Shown piece by piece: positions 27,839 to 36,843 of a DNA stretch of 64,000 bases. Within the stretch, counting starts at the first letter, position 1; every line of letters starts with the position of its first letter. Under the pieces are notes generated by a model. That model was not told where the DNA came from and made no database searches. It saw nothing but the letters and a program-made list of their open reading frames with translations. The position numbers were made by a program, and so were the translations under genes. The DNA is taken from the NCBI GenBank assembly GCA_944324345.1, contig CALUVT010000004.1, positions 116,246 to 180,245 on the forward strand, read 5' to 3'. The stretch is from Candidatus Gastranaerophilales bacterium. Lineage in GTDB: Bacteria > Cyanobacteriota > Vampirovibrionia > Gastranaerophilales > Gastranaerophilaceae.

Positions 27839-28897
27839 TTATTCCTCATAATACTTAGCTATTTTTTCGTTTATACCTGTTTCAACGGCATATTTTGCAA
27901 CTCTAACTGCGTTTTTAATTGCATAAGCCTTACTTCTGCCGTGAGATATAACTGTAATACCTTTAACCCCGAGAAGCAAAGCACCACCAAATTCTTCGTA
28001 GTTAATTTTAGTATAAATTCTTTTCATAAACGGCTTCGCAAGCAAGCCTATAATTTTTCCAAGCAAATCAGCCTTAAATTCTTGCTTCAACATTCTAAAC
28101 AGCATTTGAGAAGTCCCTTCGGTAACTTTTAATGCTACGTTACCGACGAAACCGTCACAAACAACAACATCACAAACACTTAAGAAAATTTCTTTACCTT
28201 CGATGTTGCCGACAAAATTAAGTTTATCCTGACGTTCTTCTAAAAGCTTGTAAGTAGCTTGGGCAAGTTCATTACCTTTTCCGGCTTCCTCTCCAATATT
28301 TAAAACACCAACTCTTGGATGTTCGATCCCAAGAACATTCTTAGAAAAAGTTGCACCCATAATTGCAAATTGATGTAACATTTCAGGAGTACAATTACTA
28401 TTTGCACCGCCATCAATAACTACAATAGGTTTTTTGACCGTAGGCAAAGTAACCGCAATAGCAGGTCTGTCAATTCCTGGGATTCTACCCAAACCAAACA
28501 AACTTGATGCCATAGCAGCCCCTGTAGACCCTGCTGCAACAACAGCATCAGAACTACCTTGAGCTACAGCGTCAACTGCTAGAACGATAGATGACTTTTT
28601 CTTCTTACGAATAGCTTGACCTGGTGCCTCTCCCATTTCAATAACTTCAGAGGCATGAGTAATTTTTATATCAAGCTTTGACGTATCTATTTTCACACGA
28701 TATTTTGCTGCACCGCCTTTTCCGCAATCAGTCATGAAACCTTCTTGACTTATCTTGTCAAGTTCCTGTTCTATTCTGTCTTGCTTACCGACTAATTCTA
28801 TTGCAACACCGTATTCTTTAGCTGCCCAAACAGCTCCTGCAACTATCTCGTGCGGAGCATGGTCACCACCCATTGCGTCTATAGCTATTCTTGTCAT
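27839..28897 (-). CDS. plsX: Phosphate acyltransferase
   Basis: IAIDAMGGDHAP, GSTGA, DGFVGN. Confidence 0.95.
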   Translation of the reverse strand: MTRIAIDAMGGDHAPHEIVAGAVWAAKEYGVAIELVGKQDRIEQELDKISQEGFMTDCGKGGAAKYRVKIDTSKLDIKITHASEVIEMGEAPGQAIRKKKKSSIVLAVDAVAQGSSDAVVAAGSTGAAMASSLFGLGRIPGIDRPAIAVTLPTVKKPIVVIDGGANSNCTPEMLHQFAIMGATFSKNVLGIEHPRVGVLNIGEEAGKGNELAQATYKLLEERQDKLNFVGNIEGKEIFLSVCDVVVCDGFVGNVALKVTEGTSQMLFRMLKQEFKADLLGKIIGLLAKPFMKRIYTKINYEEFGGALLLGVKGITVISHGRSKAYAIKNAVRVAKYAVETGINEKIAKYYEE

Positions 28898-28935
28898 CTT
28901 ATCCCTCTCAAATCTAGTTTAACGGTTCAATTTGT

Positions 28936-28967
28936 GAATGGTTGAAAGGTGGAACTCTCAACCATTC
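28936..28967 (-). other. 10-bp-stem hairpin between rpmF and plsX (no T-run)
   Basis: GAATGGTTGA / TCAACCATTC with a 12-nt loop. Possible processing or attenuation site. Confidence 0.3.
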
Positions 28968-28978
28968 TTCAACAATTT

Positions 28979-29311
28979 CTATTTTTCTTCTGTTTCAGAA
29001 GTTTTTTCTTCTGCAGGAGCTTCTTCAACTTTTGGTGCTTCTGCTTCTGATTTTACTTCTTCTACTTTTTCTGCTGCTTTTTTAGTTGATTTTTTTGCCG
29101 GTTTTTTTTCTTCTTTTACCGGAGTTTCTTCAACTCTATCTTTTATACTTACGGGTTTGCCTTTATATGTACCGCAAGCTGTACAAACTGTGTGAGTTAA
29201 TACTGTTGCTCCGCAATTTGGACATTTTGTAGTTTCAGGCTTGGTTGCCTTCCAATTACTTCTTCTGTGTCCTTGAGCGGAATGTCCTGTTCTTTTCTTA
29301 GGTACTGCCAT
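28979..29311 (-). CDS. rpmF: 50S ribosomal protein L32 with K/E/A/P-rich C-terminal extension of about 50 aa
   Basis: MAVPKKRTGHSAQGHRRSNWK, zinc-ribbon CPNCG...CTACG, then KDRVEETPVKEEKKPAKKSTKKAAEKVEEVKSEAEAPKVEEAPAEEKTSETEEK. Confidence 0.9.
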   Translation of the reverse strand: MAVPKKRTGHSAQGHRRSNWKATKPETTKCPNCGATVLTHTVCTACGTYKGKPVSIKDRVEETPVKEEKKPAKKSTKKAAEKVEEVKSEAEAPKVEEAPAEEKTSETEEK

Positions 29312-29342
29312 TTTTCTTTTCCTTTTTATTTTGTCTTACTAC

Positions 29343-29840
29343 TTATATTTCTTTTTTGGTTTCGATTTTGATGTTTTTGAAAACATCTAGCCGCGGATCG
29401 GATAAATTTTCTTCTTTTAAAAATTTATCCCCATTACAATTTATACCACAAACTTTTTTATTTGGTAAATTTAATATTACAGATTGATACAATAAGTCAT
29501 AAATGTCTATCTCATCCTCACCGTTTAAGTCTGTTATAAACTGGCCTTCCTTCAATTCGGTTTCCTGTCCGTATTCATCCAAAAGTGAGTGTTTTGCATA
29601 CATTTCATCTATTTCAAAATCGAAATTATAAGCAAATTCTTTTAAGCAAAGATCACACTCCAAATTCAAAGTTCCCTTAACATTTCCGCTTATTTCTATA
29701 AATTCACCTAAAGATTTTATTTGCAAATCGGCATCTACAGGAGTTAAACAATTAAGTTCTTTCAACTTTTCACTGAAATGAAAATCTATAGTTTTTGAAG
29801 GAGTATTTTCTAATTCTTCAATTGAAATTTTGTATTCCAT
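29343..29840 (-). CDS. yceD: YceD/DUF177 family protein
   Basis: Conserved position upstream of rpmF. CDLCL ... C-terminal Cys pair and acidic pattern typical of DUF177. Confidence 0.8.
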   Translation of the reverse strand: MEYKISIEELENTPSKTIDFHFSEKLKELNCLTPVDADLQIKSLGEFIEISGNVKGTLNLECDLCLKEFAYNFDFEIDEMYAKHSLLDEYGQETELKEGQFITDLNGEDEIDIYDLLYQSVILNLPNKKVCGINCNGDKFLKEENLSDPRLDVFKNIKIETKKEI

Positions 29841-29843
29841 GAT

Positions 29844-30095
29844 TTATCCAACGTATTGTTCTTCCTGTATTGCAACTGCTGCAACTTGATTTGAAATAAA
29901 GCTTACTTTTTTAATCGGGCCGAGAGTTTCTTTTTCGATTAAATTTGCGGCAGAACTTTTTGCTGCTTGTTGAATTTCTGCATATAATTCTTCAGGATTT
30001 TCAACATACAAAACCAAAGGGGCTGTCGAACCCTTTAAAAATACTAAAACTGATACTCTCTTTTTAATATTTTGTGCATTAAACTGCTGTGCCAT
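29844..30095 (-). CDS. Hypothetical protein (83 aa)
   Basis: ORF 4 nt upstream of yceD, same strand. No recognisable domain. Confidence 0.4.
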   Translation of the reverse strand: MAQQFNAQNIKKRVSVLVFLKGSTAPLVLYVENPEELYAEIQQAAKSSAANLIEKETLGPIKKVSFISNQVAAVAIQEEQYVG

Positions 30096-30163
30096 TTTAC
30101 ACTCCTTTTGCTAACATTATAATCGTTGAAATTATAAAATAAAAAGAAGGATAATGCAAATTG

Positions 30164-30598
30164 TTAACCTATATCAGAAAACTTGTCAGAAGCTTTTTGA
30201 ATAAATTCTTCAATATTTTTACAAGTCTGTTCATCTTCCAACAATTTCAATATATCATATTTAGAACCGTATTCTAAAACAACGGAATAATTGCTTAAAT
30301 TGTCTGAAGAATTAGCTTTTATCCTCAATTCTCTTTCTTTTGGTCTTTCTTTGCCAAGAACGGAAGGATGGATGGATATTGTAATATCTTTTATGCCTAG
30401 GTTTTTGTCAGAATTTTTAAAATTTGTCTTTACAACCCTAAAATCACCATATTCAGGAACTGCACGTTCTGATTCAGTGTATAATTTTTTTAACGCTTCA
30501 ACTATCTGTTCCGCGTTATTTTGTAGTTTTTTCTCCTGTTTTGAAAAAACCGTTTTTACTAATCTTTTATTCATAACTTCTTCTGTCGATTTTATCAT
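30164..30598 (-). CDS. Hypothetical protein (144 aa), immediately downstream of the RSH-like gene
   Basis: ORF begins 27 nt after the stop of the 474-aa gene, same strand. No recognisable domain. Confidence 0.45.
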   Translation of the reverse strand: MIKSTEEVMNKRLVKTVFSKQEKKLQNNAEQIVEALKKLYTESERAVPEYGDFRVVKTNFKNSDKNLGIKDITISIHPSVLGKERPKERELRIKANSSDNLSNYSVVLEYGSKYDILKLLEDEQTCKNIEEFIQKASDKFSDIG

Positions 30599-30625
30599 AT
30601 TACCCCCATTATTTTAATGTAATTT

Positions 30626-32050
30626 TTAATTTTTTACAACCTGATTAGTTTTAATTTTTATATTTTGAGCTTTGTTGTGTATTTTTTCTAAGTTTTCAAA
30701 ACTTAAGATTGAATAATCTCTTAATCTCTTTGGAAGATCAGGGAGCTTAAAATCCCCGGGGACTTCTCCTAACTCGTACTTTCTTATATAGTTGTAGCAA
30801 TCTCGAATATATTTATCATAAAGTTTATTGAGCCCGTTTCGTTTTAATTTTGTTGTTGCATCTTGAACAGGTGCAAAGAGTTGTTCAAGTTCAGGGATAT
30901 TCTTGCTTATGTTTTTCCCCATTCTTATATCGTATGGAATATGTTCTATCTCTGCATATTTCATCATCAAGTTCCCTCGAATCTGCAATTCCCCGAGTGC
31001 TCCATTTGCATAGCGTAAATTCATTTGGGTTGTGACATAGCCTGATTCACTCAAACATTTGACTGTTTCTAAGTTTTCTATTTTCATGTGAACTCTGGCT
31101 GCTGATTTTCTTATCTGTTCAAAATGCTTTTCTGTGAAGTAACGTTTTGAACCGTTCGCATAATTACTTAATTCCTGAACATTTATCTTTCCGTGTTCTA
31201 TTGCATCGCATAAATTATCAACTATTTTTTGAATTCCTGAAGGAGAGATATCATCAAGGACAATTCTTGTTCCAACAAGATCGGTAATTTGACCTTTTGC
31301 ATCATCAATGTTTTTTATGTCTATACCTTTTTTTAAAACTTTTTTCATTAATTTATCATAAATTGATTCCGCACTCTTTCCCCTCACCTGAGGCATGACG
31401 CCGAAAATGTTATATATCTGTTCTCCTGCAGAACCGGCTTCAAAACCCACGATATTACCCGATTTGTCTTTAATAACGCCTGCAGCCTTTTGAGCTTCCT
31501 TCTCAAGCTGAACAGCACAAGAATACAAATCATCCTTGACTAAAAAACATTTTTCTATATTTTCGCGGTTTTTGATAATATCATCAGACGTATCAAACAG
31601 CCCCAGAATTTTTTTATAATATGCTGAATCAAAATGATTAAAGTTTTTTTCAATGGTAACTATTTTATGGTAAGTGTCTTTGTCTAAAGTACTTAAAAAC
31701 CTCTCAAGCGATTGTCCTGTAAAAGAACCATCGGAATTGCGAGTAATGTAGCCCAATTTTTCCCCACCTGAAAGCAGTTCCTGAAAATTTTCTTGGGCTT
31801 GTTTAGGCAGATAATTATATAATTTTAAAGCTGTTTTTTTATCAAGCTTAGTGGAGGATATAATTTGTGTTAAATTCTCTCTTGCAGCCTTCAATTTGAC
31901 AACATCAGACAATACATCAGGGGAAAAATTACTTTGTATTGGGTTTGATTTAAACGACAAAACTCTGTTTGTGTGAGGTTTTTTACTCTTTAACACAAAC
32001 TTGCCAAATTTATTTACTACTATTTTTGATATCGTAAAAAAATTAGCCAT
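30626..32050 (-). CDS. RelA/SpoT-homolog (RSH) synthetase-like nucleotide pyrophosphokinase domain protein with unknown N-terminal region of about 220 aa
   Basis: Syn1 VRGKSAESIYDKLMKK, Syn2 ITDLVGTRIVLDD, Syn3-like SGYVTTQ, Syn4 GELQIRGNLMMKYAEIEH, Syn5-like IPYD. Recognised by eye and needs an HMM search. Confidence 0.6.
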   Translation of the reverse strand: MANFFTISKIVVNKFGKFVLKSKKPHTNRVLSFKSNPIQSNFSPDVLSDVVKLKAARENLTQIISSTKLDKKTALKLYNYLPKQAQENFQELLSGGEKLGYITRNSDGSFTGQSLERFLSTLDKDTYHKIVTIEKNFNHFDSAYYKKILGLFDTSDDIIKNRENIEKCFLVKDDLYSCAVQLEKEAQKAAGVIKDKSGNIVGFEAGSAGEQIYNIFGVMPQVRGKSAESIYDKLMKKVLKKGIDIKNIDDAKGQITDLVGTRIVLDDISPSGIQKIVDNLCDAIEHGKINVQELSNYANGSKRYFTEKHFEQIRKSAARVHMKIENLETVKCLSESGYVTTQMNLRYANGALGELQIRGNLMMKYAEIEHIPYDIRMGKNISKNIPELEQLFAPVQDATTKLKRNGLNKLYDKYIRDCYNYIRKYELGEVPGDFKLPDLPKRLRDYSILSFENLEKIHNKAQNIKIKTNQVVKN

Positions 32051-32139
32051 TATCTTAAGTATCCCCTATATTTATTAAAAGGATTTCTGACAAAGATAAT
32101 TGCTAATTTTTCCGATTTATATTACAAATACTTTAAATT

Positions 32140-32514
32140 TTATTTTGACATAATCTCGATTTCGTTGCCATCAGGGTCTTTCAGAAATGCAACGTGCATA
32201 TTTACTTCCGGCATAAAAAACGGCTCATAAAGATATTTGTAACCAAATTTGTTCATTTTTTCCGTAAATTCATCCATTGATTTTGCTTCAAAAGCTAAGT
32301 GACCGAACGCATTACCGTTAACATAGCCATCTTTTGGGGTTTCGTTGTTATACGTCAATTCTATTTGAGTTTGGCCATCTTCGTCACTCAAATAATACAA
32401 AGTTGAATCATCCAATTTAACTTCGCCTGTTCTATTCAAATCCAAAAGTTCAGTGTAAAACTTCATTGATTCATCAATATTTTTTACCCTTATCATTACA
32501 TGTGCAAATCTCAT
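32140..32514 (-). CDS. gloA: Lactoylglutathione lyase / VOC-family glyoxalase I
   Basis: HVMIRVKNIDESMKFY ... GHLAF ... AFLKDPDGNEIEI. Confidence 0.8.
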   Translation of the reverse strand: MRFAHVMIRVKNIDESMKFYTELLDLNRTGEVKLDDSTLYYLSDEDGQTQIELTYNNETPKDGYVNGNAFGHLAFEAKSMDEFTEKMNKFGYKYLYEPFFMPEVNMHVAFLKDPDGNEIEIMSK

Positions 32515-32572
32515 AATATGCCTCCTTTTGTTATTATTTTAGCATATCAAAAAATTTTTAAAAACAAAAATT

Positions 32573-33685
32573 TTAATCCACATGAGAAATTATACCGTTT
32601 GACGCGTTTTTATCAATTTCAATAACATGTCTTATTATTGTATGTGCCATCAAAAGCATATAAGGATTAATTTCATTTGTATTAGACATATTAATCTTTG
32701 CTTGAGGTTTTTCTTGTTTTGTATTAACGGTTGTCTGTTTTGAAGTTTCAAAAGAAAGTACTGATGCCATAGAGTAATGTTTTTCATCACCCTCAATTCT
32801 TCTGCCCAATTCCTCTTTTGGGAATTCTTTCACACACTCAATATTTACGTGCACAGAGTTTGAACTTTCTAAAATTAAAGTTGAAATTACATCCCCAAAA
32901 TTTAATGTCGAGACAGTTATTACAAGAATACTATCAGCTCCATCGCTTTTCTCACCCGCTTCAATATCAAGGTCAAACCCCACACCTTCCTGCAGTGGAA
33001 GCCAAGGGAGATATAACAAAAGTAACATCTTCATTGTCTGAGCGGAATCATTTTGAGAAGCCGCTGCGATGCTTGCATTAATTAATTTTGCAGTATCCTT
33101 CATTTGGGATAAATCTGTAATTCCGAGTTTTGCGGAATTTGCCATTGCGGTGATTAATTTTGCTACAGCATCTTTCCCGTTAGACTGAATCATTGCCGCA
33201 ACTTGAGAAAGATTTATCAAACCGGAAGAAGAAATTGCCAGATTTTTTATCGAATTTTGAAGTTGGTTTAATATAGCTTTATTCCCTGTCAAAAGCATGT
33301 TTTGTGCCTCTGTTAAAGACAATCCCTGAAGTTGAGCTAAAATTTGTGCCTGGGTTTGAGATAAGGAATTCCTTTGCATAGCATATTGATTTGAAAATCT
33401 TTGATTAAACTGTGCCAGAGTAATGTTTTTTTGAAGTATGTATATTAATTCATTCAAATTTTTAGGTAAATTCATCATCTCTTTCACATAAACGGACTGG
33501 TCAACAGATGCCATATTAGACATTTGTACGGGAGTAGAGTTTACTGTGGGAGTTTGCGATGCAGAAGAGGTTGGTGCTGCAAAAGAAGTTTGGGCAGGAG
33601 CTTTTGCAGACGGTTGTTTCTGAGTATTCAACGCCTGATAGTTCACAAACTTTGAAATTAAATAACCCAAATTTAAATCTGCCAT
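32573..33685 (-). CDS. Hypothetical Q/S/T/N-rich protein (370 aa)
   Basis: Long ORF with low-complexity N-terminal third. The N-terminus resembles that of the 474-aa RSH-like protein (MA[DN]..ISK[FI]V.N, SF, P[VI]Q.SN). Confidence 0.5.
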   Translation of the reverse strand: MADLNLGYLISKFVNYQALNTQKQPSAKAPAQTSFAAPTSSASQTPTVNSTPVQMSNMASVDQSVYVKEMMNLPKNLNELIYILQKNITLAQFNQRFSNQYAMQRNSLSQTQAQILAQLQGLSLTEAQNMLLTGNKAILNQLQNSIKNLAISSSGLINLSQVAAMIQSNGKDAVAKLITAMANSAKLGITDLSQMKDTAKLINASIAAASQNDSAQTMKMLLLLYLPWLPLQEGVGFDLDIEAGEKSDGADSILVITVSTLNFGDVISTLILESSNSVHVNIECVKEFPKEELGRRIEGDEKHYSMASVLSFETSKQTTVNTKQEKPQAKINMSNTNEINPYMLLMAHTIIRHVIEIDKNASNGIISHVD

Positions 33686-33730
33686 AGATTAAATTATAAT
33701 GATTTTTTTCATATTGTCCAGTGATTAAAC

Positions 33731-34750
33731 CTAATCCTTAACAGGCAAATATGCTTGAGGGTAATTATAATCTTCTTTAAATCCAAGATGTCTGTACATT
33801 TTTAATGCCTGAAAATTATTAGTTTCAGTCGTTGTATTAACCTCAGTAATAGGTTTTTCACCATTATCTGCCCATTCAAGGAGTTTTTCAACAGACTTTT
33901 TCAGCATATGTTTTGACAAACCCTTACCCTGGTGCTCTTTTATTATAGAAACAATAGGGATATTGGCAATTCTTCCGCCTGTCAAGTTCATAAAACAAAA
34001 ACCAACAGGTTTATCATTATATAGCATAACAGATGTGGCTTCAGGCAAAAACTCCGCATAAATATTTTCGACTATTTTTGAAACTATATCGCGAGTTCCT
34101 TCAATAGTCTTAAACCTCGGATCAAACAGTGCATCTGCAGAAGTTTCAAAACCTTCCTGAACAACTTCCACAGCGTCATCAAAATACTTACCGTCCCATT
34201 CAACGAGTCTATAACCTTCAGATAAATCACTCATCTGCGACATTTTCAATATATCGCGAGAATTTGTACCTGCCATCATAAATCTCAACACCGCAATCCC
34301 GACAAATTTAAATCCATATCTTGCAATATCAGCTATCAAATCTTTTTGAGCACCCAGCATTGGGTAACAAACAATTTTTTCCAATCTTTCGGCTTTGGTA
34401 AGTTCCAAAAACTTTTTAACAAGGTACATTGACCTTACGGTAATGTCCTCCATTTTGAAAGAATGAATAATATTCAATTCAATTGCCTCAGATATTGCTG
34501 TCGTGTAAACTAAAAATGCTACAGGAATTGAATTTTCAAACAATACAAGACAATCAATTAATTTTTTCTCCACAGAATCGACAAAATCTTCAAATGCCAA
34601 AGGTTCAAGCTCAAACTTATATTCATCACAAGCTCTTGTTCTAAAATCATTATAAACAGGAGCGAAACACTTGTAATCTTGAGGAGTTAAAAGTCTGGCC
34701 TCAAAATTTGGATCGTTTTTATCATTTTCATTATGAATATAAGGTAACAT
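33731..34750 (-). CDS. GNAT-family N-acetyltransferase (tandem GNAT domains)
   Basis: Second domain has acetyl-CoA motif HQGKGLSKHMLKK and ALKMYRHLGF. The first half is also GNAT-like. Confidence 0.7.
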   Translation of the reverse strand: MLPYIHNENDKNDPNFEARLLTPQDYKCFAPVYNDFRTRACDEYKFELEPLAFEDFVDSVEKKLIDCLVLFENSIPVAFLVYTTAISEAIELNIIHSFKMEDITVRSMYLVKKFLELTKAERLEKIVCYPMLGAQKDLIADIARYGFKFVGIAVLRFMMAGTNSRDILKMSQMSDLSEGYRLVEWDGKYFDDAVEVVQEGFETSADALFDPRFKTIEGTRDIVSKIVENIYAEFLPEATSVMLYNDKPVGFCFMNLTGGRIANIPIVSIIKEHQGKGLSKHMLKKSVEKLLEWADNGEKPITEVNTTTETNNFQALKMYRHLGFKEDYNYPQAYLPVKD

Positions 34751-34791
34751 GTCTTAATTCCTTGTTTTACCGGTGTTACATTGGGGGAAAA

Positions 34792-36000
34792 TTACAACAT
34801 ATGGTGCATCTTTTCCTTTTTTGTTTCCATATAACGTTTGTTATAGGAGTTAATCTGAGGTTCTATTTTAACTATATCATGCACAGTCAATCCGTAACCA
34901 TTCAAACCGACGATTTTTTTAGGGTTGTTAGTTATGAGGTTAAAATTGTTAAATCCCAAATCTAAAATTACTTGAGCACCCATGCCGTAATCTCTTAAAT
35001 CAGCTTTAAAACCTAAAGAAATATTAGCTTCTACAGTATCTTGCCCTTCTTCTTGAAGATGATATGCTTTAATTTTGTTAATAATACCAATACCTCTGCC
35101 TTCATGACCTTTCATATAAACAACAGCTCCTTTGCCATATTTATCAATCATTTGAAGTGCAGTATGAAGCTGGTAATTGCAATCACACTTCAGACTTCCA
35201 AAAATATCCCCCGTTAAACATTCACTGTGAACACGAACAAGCGGAATCTTATCGGATCCGTCATCTTTAACAAGTGCAACACATTCCTGCCCGGTAACAT
35301 GATTTACATACCCGTATATGTCAAATTCTCCAAACTGTGTAGGAAGATGTGCTTCTGCCTCACGAGTTACAATTTTTTCTGTTTTTAACCTGTAGGCTAT
35401 CAATTCCGCAACGGATATAAACTTAATTCCATGTTTTTTTGCAAATTCATAAAGCTGGTCCCGTTTTGCCATATGCCCGTCCTCTGCCATAATTTCACAC
35501 ATCGGACCCGCAGGGATATGACCGCACAACTTTGCTAAATCAACAACTGCTTCCGTATGGCCGGTACGAGTGAGAACTCCACCCTTTCTTGCTACACAAG
35601 GAAAAAGATGTCCTGGGCGTCTTAGGTCTGATGGCTGAGCATCAGGTGCAAGACAAACTTCTATTGTCTTTGCCCTATCAAATGCCGAAATCCCTGTTGT
35701 AACACCATATTTTTCATGGGCATCTATACTCACGGTAAAAGCTGTTTTCATAGATTCAGTATTTTGATTTACCATTTGAGGCAAATCCATTTTTTCAGCA
35801 ATTTCAGGAGAAATAGCAAGACATATTAAACCTTTAGCATTTTCTGCCATAAATTTTATAATTTCCGGTGTAACCATCTGACCTGAACAAATCAAATCAC
35901 CTTCGTTTTCTCTGTCTTCGTCGTCAGCGACGATAATCATTTTACCGTTTTTAAAATCTTCTAATGCATCTTCTATACTATCAAATTTGAATTTTTCCAT
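34792..36000 (-). CDS. ribBA: Bifunctional 3,4-dihydroxy-2-butanone-4-phosphate synthase / GTP cyclohydrolase II
   Basis: DDEDRENEGDL, RTGHTEA, VRVHSECLTGD, CDC, EGRGIG. Confidence 0.95.
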   Translation of the reverse strand: MEKFKFDSIEDALEDFKNGKMIIVADDEDRENEGDLICSGQMVTPEIIKFMAENAKGLICLAISPEIAEKMDLPQMVNQNTESMKTAFTVSIDAHEKYGVTTGISAFDRAKTIEVCLAPDAQPSDLRRPGHLFPCVARKGGVLTRTGHTEAVVDLAKLCGHIPAGPMCEIMAEDGHMAKRDQLYEFAKKHGIKFISVAELIAYRLKTEKIVTREAEAHLPTQFGEFDIYGYVNHVTGQECVALVKDDGSDKIPLVRVHSECLTGDIFGSLKCDCNYQLHTALQMIDKYGKGAVVYMKGHEGRGIGIINKIKAYHLQEEGQDTVEANISLGFKADLRDYGMGAQVILDLGFNNFNLITNNPKKIVGLNGYGLTVHDIVKIEPQINSYNKRYMETKKEKMHHML

Positions 36001-36001
36001 A

Positions 36002-36595
36002 TTACATAAACCCGTTTTCTTTCAAAAAATCTTCTGTAATGTTATTATTTTTCGTTGATAAAAATTTTTCAACATACCTCCCGAGAATATCTGTTTCAAT
36101 GTTCACAAAATCTCCGATTTTAAGATATTTAAGATTTGTATTTTCAAGTGTATGGGGGATTATTGCAACACCAAAAACATTATTTCTTGCCTCAGAAACA
36201 GTTAAACTTACACCATCAAGCGTAATTGAGCCTTTATACACAATATATTTGTACAAATCTTTTGAAACTTCAAATTTCATATCCCCAAGATATTTCCCAA
36301 CTCCGTCGATATGTCCTTGTACAATATGTCCGCCCATTCGGCTTTTAGGGGTCAAAGCCCTCTCAAGATTTACACAATCAGAGGCTTTGAAACCTTTGGT
36401 AATTTTTAAAGTTTCAGCACTAACATCGGTACTGAAAGTATTTGGACTCATTGCAACAACTGTCTGACAACATCCATTAACAGCAATACTGTCGCCGATA
36501 TTTGTCCCATCTAAAACTTTGGAACACTCTACAACAAGTTTGTGCCCGTCAAAACTTTTTATAAATCCTGTTTCTTCCACAATCCCTGTAAACAT
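36002..36595 (-). CDS. ribE: Riboflavin synthase (alpha chain)
   Basis: MFTGIVEETG, GDSIAVNGCCQTV, internal duplicated lumazine-binding repeat. Confidence 0.9.
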   Translation of the reverse strand: MFTGIVEETGFIKSFDGHKLVVECSKVLDGTNIGDSIAVNGCCQTVVAMSPNTFSTDVSAETLKITKGFKASDCVNLERALTPKSRMGGHIVQGHIDGVGKYLGDMKFEVSKDLYKYIVYKGSITLDGVSLTVSEARNNVFGVAIIPHTLENTNLKYLKIGDFVNIETDILGRYVEKFLSTKNNNITEDFLKENGFM

Positions 36596-36778
36596 AAGTT
36601 CATTTTACCATGAAAATTTATTTCATTATACAAGTAAATGAACTACTATTTTAATATTTACCAATTAAAATTATTTCCACTCGGACAAATCTCAATATAT
36701 TCTTCGGCAAGACATCCGTTATAATTTTTTAGGTAAACAAATTAGGCATCCCCTTCTCTCAATTTTGGTTGACACTAA

Positions 36779-36806
36779 TTGCAATAAAATATTTTCCTCA
36801 TATAAT
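36779..36806 (+). promoter_or_regulatory. Candidate sigma70 promoter for tpiA
   Basis: TTGCAA-16 nt-TATAAT, about 38 nt upstream of ATG 36844. Confidence 0.4.
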
Positions 36807-36843
36807 GTACATGTCAATTGTAGTAAAAAAGGAGAGAATAATT

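Noticed and set aside
32573-33685. Similarity of the 370-aa protein (LYLPWLPLQEGVGFDLDIE...VITVSTLNF) to the FliK hook-length-control C-terminal domain.
   Set aside because: The resemblance is limited to an alternating hydrophobic pattern, no flagellar genes are in the window, and I cannot establish it without a profile search.
36596-36843. Expected an FMN (RFN) riboswitch upstream of the ribE-ribBA operon.
   Set aside because: The minus-strand leader lacks the conserved RFN core segments (GGGCAGGGTGAAATTCC, CCGGCGGT, GGATGGGAGAAGA-type closing stem). Only vague fragments such as GTGGAAATAATT are present. The region is better explained by divergent promoters for ribE and tpiA.
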